A stretch of 17,929 nucleotides of DNA from a virus (lineage: Duplodnaviria > Heunggongvirae > Uroviricota > Caudoviricetes). Each line of letters opens with the position of its first letter. Position 1 is the first letter of the stretch. The stretch spans positions 1 to 17,929 of IMG/VR virus record IMGVR_UViG_2548876946_000015; one strand, 5' to 3'. This document shows, one piece after another, positions 10,423-16,771 of the stretch. Under the pieces are notes generated by a model. It did no database searches. It saw nothing but the letters and a program-made list of their open reading frames with translations, and was not told where the DNA came from. A program made the position numbers and the translations under genes.

Positions 10423-10455
10423 GCAAGCATACATCACAACAAAGGTGCTTGCATT
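10420..10455. repeat. Operator-like inverted repeat IR2 (AATGCAAGCAT ... TGCTTGCATT)
   Basis: Second copy of the 12-bp TAATGCAAGCAT at 10419-10430 (first copy at 10363-10374) with an inverted partner TGCTTGCAT at 10446-10454, ending 1 nt before the ATG at 10456. Confidence 0.45.
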
Positions 10456-11424
10456 ATGACTGAAAAGAAAAGTGGCGAAGGGAAAGCTAAGGGCGGGATC
10501 GCTCGCGCAAAGTCGCTGACTAAAGAGCAGCGTTCTGAAATAGCAAAGAAAGCAGCTGCTGCAAGATGGAAAAGTAAGATTCTCAGGGCAACTCATCGTG
10601 GTAACTTTTTAGATGATTTTGGCATTGACGCTGAATGTTATGTACTGGATGACGAGTCGAAAACTGTCGTTGTTACGAAAACTGGATTATCTCAGTTGCT
10701 AGGGATTGGTGAACATGCCAGGGATTTAGATCAACTGCTTGGCGCTCAGTATATGAGCAAATACCGAGATCTAGAATTGCAGCGAAAAATGGAAAATCCC
10801 TATAAATTTCAACTTACTTCGAAGTCTAAAACCGTTCATCAAGCGTTAGGTTATGACATTACAGCAATTGTTGATATTGGTAGGGCACTAATAGAAGCCA
10901 AAGATAATGACGATCTACCACAATCACGGTTAAAGGCAGCCGCCGCAGCACAGAGACTTATTAATGCCTCCGCTAAGGCGGGAATTAAGGGGGTTGCGTA
11001 TGCGCTTGCTGGTTATCGTCCAGAAGTTCAGGCTGTCATTGACGAGTTCAAAGCGTTTGTTCGTGAAGAGGCTCGTCAATATGAAAAGGAATTTCCAGAT
11101 GAGCTATACGAGGAGTGGTATCGACTGTACGGCCTGAATAGGCCAGAGAAAGGACGGCCTATTCGTTTTGGGCAGCTAACCAACATGCAGATATATACCC
11201 CGCTAGCAAAGAGCAAAGGTAAAATTCTTGAACAGATTCGAGCCAGCCGAGACGAGAACGGAAAACAATCTGATAAGTTGCATCTGTTCCTTTCTGAAAT
11301 TGGTGTCAAGGCTTTGCGTCAGCATATCGGTAAGCTTCTTGGTGTCGCAGCGATGAGTGAGACAAGAGAAGAATACGAAAAAGGAATAGAAAAGGTTTTC
11401 GGAAGAATGAAACCAGAAATCTAA
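10456..11424 (+). CDS. Hypothetical accessory (moron) protein, 322 aa; basic N-terminal segment; function unknown
   Basis: Start preferred at ATG 10456 (MTEKKSGEGKAKGGIARAKSLTKEQRSEIAKKAAAARW...) with AAAGG 8-9 nt upstream; the track's 10393 start lies inside the promoter/operator region. Lys/Ala-rich N-terminus followed by a segment (CYVLDDESKTVVVTKTGLSQLLGIGEHARDLDQLL) loosely reminiscent of KilA-N/Bro-N-type folds. Ends at a strong terminator. Confidence 0.6.
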   Translation: MTEKKSGEGKAKGGIARAKSLTKEQRSEIAKKAAAARWKSKILRATHRGNFLDDFGIDAECYVLDDESKTVVVTKTGLSQLLGIGEHARDLDQLLGAQYMSKYRDLELQRKMENPYKFQLTSKSKTVHQALGYDITAIVDIGRALIEAKDNDDLPQSRLKAAAAAQRLINASAKAGIKGVAYALAGYRPEVQAVIDEFKAFVREEARQYEKEFPDELYEEWYRLYGLNRPEKGRPIRFGQLTNMQIYTPLAKSKGKILEQIRASRDENGKQSDKLHLFLSEIGVKALRQHIGKLLGVAAMSETREEYEKGIEKVFGRMKPEI

Positions 11425-11428
11425 TTAT

Positions 11429-11456
11429 GAAACCCACCTTCAGGTGGGTTTTTTGT
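11429..11456 (+). terminator. Rho-independent terminator after the 322-aa gene
   Basis: AAACCCAC-CTTCAG-GTGGGTTT hairpin followed by TTTTTTG. Confidence 0.7.
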
Positions 11457-11503
11457 ACAAATCCTTCAGCCAGTACATAACTACTGACAGATAACCAACG
11501 CAA

Positions 11504-11530
11504 CGACCCAGCTTCGGCTGGGTTTTTTTA
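11504..11530 (+). terminator. Second tandem Rho-independent terminator
   Basis: ACCCAGC-TTCG-GCTGGGT hairpin (UUCG tetraloop) followed by TTTTTTT. Confidence 0.7.
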
Positions 11531-11535
11531 TGCCC

Positions 11536-11667
11536 AAAATTCACCGTGTCCACGCTTAGGTAATGAGCTTGAAGGAGAGCACTACACAAAAAGTGTAGTG
11601 CAAAAAGCGAACAAAATAACTTCCTAAAAAGTTGTTTTATCACAAAAAAATTCACCGTAGCCATGCT
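11536..11667 (+). promoter_or_regulatory. Tailspike upstream region with a 21-bp direct repeat pair flanking a perfect 9-bp palindrome
   Basis: AAAATTCACCGTGTCCACGCT (11536-11556) and AAAATTCACCGTAGCCATGCT (11647-11667) are 18/21 identical. GCACTACAC-AAAAA-GTGTAGTGC lies at 11579-11601. Confidence 0.4.
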
Positions 11668-11699
11668 GCGGCGATTCCTTGTATCTGGAGCAAATTAAA

Positions 11700-13940
11700 A
11701 TGACAGATTCAATAAATGCCAATGTTGTAGTGAGTATGCCTTCGCAACTCTTCACTATGGCGCGTTCTTTTAAAGCCGTAGCCAATGGTAAAATTTATAT
11801 CGGTAAAATTGACACTGACCCGGTAAATCCTGAAAACCAGATTCAGGTTTATGTGGAGAACGAAGATGGCTCTCACGTTCCTGTTTCTCAACCAATCATC
11901 ATTAACGCTGCTGGCTACCCTGTATATAACGGACAGATTGCTAAGTTCGTTACTGTACAAGGGCATTCTATGGCTGTTTATGATGCGTACGGTGCTCAGC
12001 AGTTCTATTTTTCGAATGTGCTGAAGTATGACCCTGACCAACTCAGGCAAGATCTTGCATCTCAAGGAGGTGTTAATCTGGTAAACGGAGCTATCTCACA
12101 GGAAGATCTTGTTTTGCAGTCGATCACAAAAATTCCAAGTTATGATAATTCTAACGTAGTCCAGGCGTGGCGCGATAGTGTTGCGACCTACGGGTATGTT
12201 TACTTCTCTAATCATTCAAAAAATCAGATGGTGTACACCGTACCGTCTACAGCTGCTAACGCTTCTTTCCTTGCGAACAGTAAAGTAATCATTGATAAAA
12301 ATGTCACCCTGAGATTCGACAGTGATCTGTACTCACTGTTTAAATCGTTGCAGTACGAGGGGGAGGGTACGTTTGAATTTACGCACCTGAACTTTAAAGC
12401 AACCGGTGGAGAAGTGGATTACCTGGCTAAGCAGGCCATCCTCAACCGAAATCCTATTCGCATGAAGCGAGTGGAATGGTCAGATTGTAAAGTTTATTCC
12501 ATAAATGGTGACACGTTCTTCTATGAAGGTGAAGTCACCATATCCTCAGATAGCGCAGCTATCTTCCCCTTAACTACTGACCGTACAACAGGCCTGTTCG
12601 CACCAATAGATATTGGAGAGCATATTTCTGCACATATTCGTATGGAGTCTCAGGCCGCCTCAGAAGTTGGGATTGTTCTGCGATGCTCTGGTGGTTGGAT
12701 GATGTTCTATGGGGCACCAGGTGCTACACAGTGGTCTTATAGACAGAAACCAATTGGTGGTCCAGTAGCAGAAGGAACTCCATTCCCGCTGCCAGGAGGT
12801 TTACTGTCGTACGCCCCGGGCAAAGCAACCGTTGGCGTATCACTGCAAGGTAAAAACTGGGCGCAGATAACGATGAATGGCGTTGGGATACGTTTGCCCT
12901 TTGATACTGCTGATGTAGGGGATGTATACGAAGTTGGGTTTGTTGCACTGACCACGGCATCTGGAGGTTCTGCGCGTGTAACTGGATTATGCAGCTACAC
13001 CTCTGATAATGGCGTGCACGGTAAGCCTCCACTTAATATCCTTATCCACGGTGATAGTACAGCTGAGGATTTCATTTCCGCGTTCAGCTCGTACATTCCG
13101 CAATTAATGGATGGAGCGAACGGCCACCGTTCATATAGCATTGTAAACAAGGCAGTTGCCGGACAGACAATGAGGCAACAGTTAGATCTCCTGAAGGCTC
13201 AGGGGCCGGGTGATGCTTACATCGTTATTATGGTTGCCGGAACTAACGAAGGGCAGGCAAACCAAAACGGCGATTATATGGCGGCACTGATAGATGAGTT
13301 TGTCTTATATTGCAATGGCCTTGGTCGTATCCCTGTTTGGGTTGAGCCGTGGATGTGGTATAGCCAGTCATTTATTGGAGGGGCTGGCCAGCCATCTTCT
13401 AACTACGACGGTGTCGCAGAGTTGCGAGAAGCTGGTAAACGCCAGATGATGAAATATGGCAATAACGTCATTTGTGTAACAACAACTCACCAGCTCCCGG
13501 CCCCATATCCAGAGTATTTCAATACGCAATACGACCCACTTCTGCGTGATGACATTCACCAAAGCCAGTTAGGGTATCGTCTGTATGCGGAAATTATCTG
13601 CTCTGCCATTATCGACTGGTGGTCGCGTGTTGATTACACGCCAAGAGCAGCTGTTCAATGGTGGGCTGGAACAAACGTAACAGTACAGGCACCGTCAAGT
13701 TTAACTGCCAATTCAATTAATATTAAACTGGCAGCCACTTCATTTGCGAATGGTAATACTGTTCTAACGCTGCCAAGGTGGTGTAGACCAACAGTAACAA
13801 AAAATGTCCCTGTACCGTTCACTGCTGATGGAATATCTTACGGTATGGCGATGGCAACAATAAGCGCATCAACCGGGTCGATAACAATTAATGGATCTAC
13901 TACAGCCTCACCAATATTTTACATTGATGCTTCCTGGTAG
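11700..13940 (+). CDS. Tailspike protein: P22-type N-terminal head-binding domain plus SGNH/GDSL esterase-type domain, 746 aa
   Basis: Start preferred at ATG 11700 ([12 protein letters not shown]...) with GGAG upstream; the track's 11679 start is a TTG. The N-terminal ~110 aa ([39 protein letters not shown]...[15 protein letters not shown]...NVLKYDPDQ) closely resemble the P22 tailspike head-binding domain as recalled. The C-terminal half has SGNH blocks: GDS at 13050-13058 ([14 protein letters not shown]), a Gly block (AVAGQT), GTNE ([11 protein letters not shown]) and DxxH at 13548-13559 ([10 protein letters not shown]). Confidence 0.85.
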   Translation: MTDSINANVVVSMPSQLFTMARSFKAVANGKIYIGKIDTDPVNPENQIQVYVENEDGSHVPVSQPIIINAAGYPVYNGQIAKFVTVQGHSMAVYDAYGAQQFYFSNVLKYDPDQLRQDLASQGGVNLVNGAISQEDLVLQSITKIPSYDNSNVVQAWRDSVATYGYVYFSNHSKNQMVYTVPSTAANASFLANSKVIIDKNVTLRFDSDLYSLFKSLQYEGEGTFEFTHLNFKATGGEVDYLAKQAILNRNPIRMKRVEWSDCKVYSINGDTFFYEGEVTISSDSAAIFPLTTDRTTGLFAPIDIGEHISAHIRMESQAASEVGIVLRCSGGWMMFYGAPGATQWSYRQKPIGGPVAEGTPFPLPGGLLSYAPGKATVGVSLQGKNWAQITMNGVGIRLPFDTADVGDVYEVGFVALTTASGGSARVTGLCSYTSDNGVHGKPPLNILIHGDSTAEDFISAFSSYIPQLMDGANGHRSYSIVNKAVAGQTMRQQLDLLKAQGPGDAYIVIMVAGTNEGQANQNGDYMAALIDEFVLYCNGLGRIPVWVEPWMWYSQSFIGGAGQPSSNYDGVAELREAGKRQMMKYGNNVICVTTTHQLPAPYPEYFNTQYDPLLRDDIHQSQLGYRLYAEIICSAIIDWWSRVDYTPRAAVQWWAGTNVTVQAPSSLTANSINIKLAATSFANGNTVLTLPRWCRPTVTKNVPVPFTADGISYGMAMATISASTGSITINGSTTASPIFYIDASW

Positions 13941-13967
13941 AAAAAGGCCGCAATGCGGCCATCTTTT
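13941..13967. terminator. Bidirectional terminator between the convergent tailspike and SGNH genes
   Basis: AAAAA-GGCCGCA/TGCGGCC hairpin-ATCTTTT; A-tract on one side and T-tract on the other. Confidence 0.55.
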
Positions 13968-14661
13968 ACTTCACATGTTTATTAATCTCTCTCATCCAAA
14001 CGGCATAGCCATTTTTATTTAAATGCACTCCATCATCAAAGTACAATTCAGATTTTTTATCAGATAAAAAATCTGCAGGAACTTCTATTATATTGCAGTT
14101 AACTATGCGACTACATGTTCTATCAATAATAGAGTTAATCATGCTTATTCTTGAATTGACATGGTCTACGTCTTTTCTTGCCCCGCTTATGATTGGCAAA
14201 ACTTTTAATGCATAAATATTATCAACCTTTGATACACTCTTAAGCAGTTTGTCATAATCATCAAATATTTCCTCTTCGGTTTTCGCACCCATCGCATCGT
14301 TAACTCCACCTTCAATTATCGCAGCTTTATATCCAGACGCCCCATAATTTTCTGATAGAGTTAGGATCTGATGTATAGAGTATCCTCCGACCCCCATATT
14401 AACATATTTAAAGTTTAACCCATATGGTGACATTCCTTGTATGAGCGAGTCGCCATAAACCACAATGTCGCCGTCAGCTTGATTAGCATTCATTTTTTTA
14501 AAATCTAGCATCACAGCCTGAAAGTCGTTAACTTTTTTTTGAGATAAATAATTTCTAATTGAACGAACAGACAATACTATAATAACTATTGCAATCAGAA
14601 TAAACAGCATTGCCAAATATTTATTTGCTTGAGACTTTCTATTTGTTTGTTTTGACTTCAT
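13966..14661 (-). CDS. Membrane-anchored SGNH/GDSL-family hydrolase (esterase or acyl-transfer accessory domain), 231 aa
   Basis: ATG at 14661 with AAAGGA 7 nt upstream. One N-terminal TM helix (YLAMLFILIAIVIIVLSV). SGNH blocks I (VVYGDSLIQG), II (NMGVGGYS), III (EGGVNDA) and V (DDGVHLNKNGY). Very AT-rich. Confidence 0.8.
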   Translation of the reverse strand: MKSKQTNRKSQANKYLAMLFILIAIVIIVLSVRSIRNYLSQKKVNDFQAVMLDFKKMNANQADGDIVVYGDSLIQGMSPYGLNFKYVNMGVGGYSIHQILTLSENYGASGYKAAIIEGGVNDAMGAKTEEEIFDDYDKLLKSVSKVDNIYALKVLPIISGARKDVDHVNSRISMINSIIDRTCSRIVNCNIIEVPADFLSDKKSELYFDDGVHLNKNGYAVWMREINKHVK

Positions 14662-14745
14662 TGCATTTTCCTTTTAATAAGGTTTAAGGTTAAAAATATA
14701 TTTACGCTTCAAATCAACGAATTGAGAAAATTATTCAGCCAACCA

Positions 14746-15024
14746 CTAACTAGACTTGCAATCTAATCTTATATATGATCTGAGTAAGAGTGTAAAAATC
14801 CGCTTAATCCTTCTTAAGTAAAAATCGGAAAAAGAAAATTTACCGCTATTTAAATTTTTAAAAATAATACTTGAAATTAAAAGGCTAGATATTATGAAAA
14901 ATAAATCAAACCCATTGAACTCTCCAGAAAATGCGCTTGGGAAAGCGTGAAACATCACAACAGCGACTGCTCTTAAACCATCTATACCAGCTCTATACTT
15001 TATCATTTTTATTGTCCAATTCAT
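14746..15024 (-). pseudogene. Remnant of an acyltransferase-3 (AT3) gene: N-terminal ~90 codons only
   Basis: Translation MIKYRAGIDGLRAVAVVMFHAFP...FNGFDLFFIISSLLISSIIFKNLNSGKFSFSDFYLRRIKRIF matches the conserved N-terminal signature of AT3/OafA/OatA-type acyltransferases (R...H motif, VDxFFxISGxLI, FYxRRxxRI). The ORF stops after 92 codons, 85 bp before the SGNH gene, and is in the same reading frame as the SGNH ORF. Confidence 0.55.
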
Positions 15025-15313
15025 CTACAGTGAAAGAGCAAAGAAAAACAATGCAATATATCTCATGTGACTACTCCTAAAATAAATTTAATGATAATAA
15101 CATCATGAGGATAAATTTAGAAGTGGGAAGATCGGAAATGCTCATTGAGCAGCAGAAAAAATATCACTGACTCTGTATACACATACAGTATTTTTTGTCT
15201 GTTATTGATCATTGGATACTTGAGCCTAGCGTAAAAGTAATATGAATGATACAGTATGCTTATATAATTGATTTTTGCTCTCGGTGTAAGTTCGGATTGT
15301 ATTATATAACCAG

Positions 15314-15339
15314 AAAATATCCCCAGAACTAAGCTGGGG
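15314..15339 (-). terminator. Terminator after the AT3 acyltransferase gene (minus strand)
   Basis: Minus strand reads CCCCAG-CTTAGTT-CTGGGG followed by ATATTTT, immediately after the stop at 15354-15356. Confidence 0.5.
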
Positions 15340-15353
15340 ATTCATGTCATATG

Positions 15354-16394
15354 TCAGCTTGCTAGTGCGATCTTCCTAAGCCTGTGACCTATATTTATAG
15401 ATGGTTTTTCAATTACCTTATAAGAAATAGTTGCTAGTGCGATCGTAGCTAATAGGTATAAAACAAAAATAATAAAATTAAAATCTGTGTCCATGTCTAT
15501 ACTGACAGATACAATCTCTAAAAAGAATGGGTGAATCAAGTATACAGAGTAACTTATCGATCCCAGGAAAACCAATAATCCTACATTCAATTTTACCCGT
15601 GTAGTGAGCAATAGCGTCAATACTATGCCTGTAAGATAGCTAGCAATATAGGAGGAAGCATTTTCCCCATGCCCATAGTCTTTATTGTAGGACATTAAGC
15701 AAATCGGAGCAATCGCCACTAGGAATGTTATTAAAAATACAATGCACATATTTCTTTCTGATCTCGATGCAATCCCAATGCTCACTGAACGCCATAAGCT
15801 ACCAAAGAACATTAATGACATAGCTAGCGGTATTGCCACAGGAACTTTTTTATCAAGAACGAATCTCACGTATGAGAAAGCAAGAGCGGTTGCAATAAGT
15901 CCTATAGAAATTAAAAATAAAGAAACCTTACTCTTTAATAAATTTACTTTGAAAAGAAACGCACAGGAAGCATAGAAGAACAACTCAATTATTAGCGTCC
16001 AATAAACACCAAACATATCTGGAGATCTCAGTAAAGATTGAAGCATGGTAATATTAGACAACAGAGTTCTTATATCAAGTGGTCTATGAGTTACAAACAA
16101 AAAAGTAAAGGCCGCCAGAAATACTGAAAACCAGTAAGCGGGATATAGTCTAAAAAACCTTGATATAATGAACCCGGATATCGCTCTTTTCCCTTCCTTT
16201 AGGCTGTAAGGTATTACCATGCCACTTAACACAAAGAAGCAAACAACACCAACCTGACCAAAGTTAACATGCTTAAATAAAAAACTGTTATGCAATGGTG
16301 TTCGCTCTATGAAATGTGCACATGCAACCATCAGGGCTGCAAGTCCACGCAAAGAGTCTAGGAATTCTAGACGATTTCCATTTCTTATAGACAT
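15354..16394 (-). CDS. Acyltransferase family 3 (AT3) integral membrane O-acyltransferase, 346 aa; candidate O-antigen acetyltransferase for lysogenic conversion
   Basis: ATG at 16394. N-terminal LDSLRGLAALMVACAHF (R...H catalytic signature), FGQVGVVCFFVLSGMVI and about ten hydrophobic helices. AT-rich. Located between tailspike and integrase, where the Sf6 oac-type gene lies. Confidence 0.8.
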   Translation of the reverse strand: MSIRNGNRLEFLDSLRGLAALMVACAHFIERTPLHNSFLFKHVNFGQVGVVCFFVLSGMVIPYSLKEGKRAISGFIISRFFRLYPAYWFSVFLAAFTFLFVTHRPLDIRTLLSNITMLQSLLRSPDMFGVYWTLIIELFFYASCAFLFKVNLLKSKVSLFLISIGLIATALAFSYVRFVLDKKVPVAIPLAMSLMFFGSLWRSVSIGIASRSERNMCIVFLITFLVAIAPICLMSYNKDYGHGENASSYIASYLTGIVLTLLLTTRVKLNVGLLVFLGSISYSVYLIHPFFLEIVSVSIDMDTDFNFIIFVLYLLATIALATISYKVIEKPSINIGHRLRKIALAS

Positions 16395-16710
16395 TAAAGA
16401 TACCTAAGTTAAGTGTAGTAATAGGATTAATTTTAACAGCATGATTCTGTTGATCAATGGATAAGCAGCGTGTTTTGAAGTTGATCTGATTTTTACTATG
16501 ATTATATTGTGTTCTCGCACAGTATTTTATCGTAAGTGCACCATGGGCTTCTATCTCCAGCAGCAGAACTAGTTGAAGATAGTGTGTCAATCGACAAGAG
16601 CCTTATTGCTCCAATCTCAGTCACGTACATGATGATATCCGTCAGGTCATTATCAACGAAGAGTGTTATGGTTAGTTTGATTATTGTGCGGTGATGTGAG
16701 AAAAACTTAG

Positions 16711-16740
16711 AAAAACAAAGTCTTGCACTGGATTGCAAGG
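16711..16740 (-). terminator. Terminator downstream of the integrase gene (minus strand)
   Basis: Minus strand reads CCTTGCA-ATCCAG-TGCAAG followed by ACTTTGTTTTT, about 30 nt after the integrase stop. Confidence 0.45.
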
Positions 16741-16771
16741 CTTTGCGCTATTCGATTGTGGTTGAGGCTGA

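Noticed and set aside
9657-10430. 257-aa version of the membrane-protein ORF starting at ATG 10430
   Set aside because: The upstream 45 codons have no RBS and run through the operator-like repeats and divergent promoter; the internal ATG at 10295 has a strong AAGGAG RBS.
10393-11424. 343-aa version of the accessory protein starting at 10393
   Set aside because: The extension begins inside the predicted promoter/operator; ATG 10456 has a proper RBS and gives a plausible basic N-terminus.
11306-11664. Minus-strand ORFs of 65-77 aa across the terminator and regulatory region
   Set aside because: They run through two plus-strand terminator hairpins and the repeat region; no RBS; likely artefacts.
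11709-12065. 118-aa minus-strand ORF inside the tailspike head-binding domain
   Set aside because: Antisense to a highly conserved coding region; no independent support.
11679-13940. 753-aa tailspike starting at the TTG at 11679
   Set aside because: A TTG start adding MYLEQIK; ATG at 11700 has a GGAG RBS and gives the canonical MTD... tailspike N-terminus.
15742-15975. 77-aa plus-strand ORF inside the AT3 acyltransferase gene
   Set aside because: Antisense to a gene with clear AT3 motifs; AT-rich sequence produces spurious ORFs.
16288-16738. Two minus-strand ORFs (100 and 78 aa) in the AT3-integrase intergenic region
   Set aside because: No RBS or motif; the region is better explained as attachment-site and terminator DNA.
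16395-16771. Possible tRNA gene or tRNA 3' fragment next to the integrase
   Set aside because: No T-loop-like GTTCGA motif, cloverleaf arms or CCA end found by eye on either strand; a partial tRNA-derived core cannot be excluded without a database comparison.
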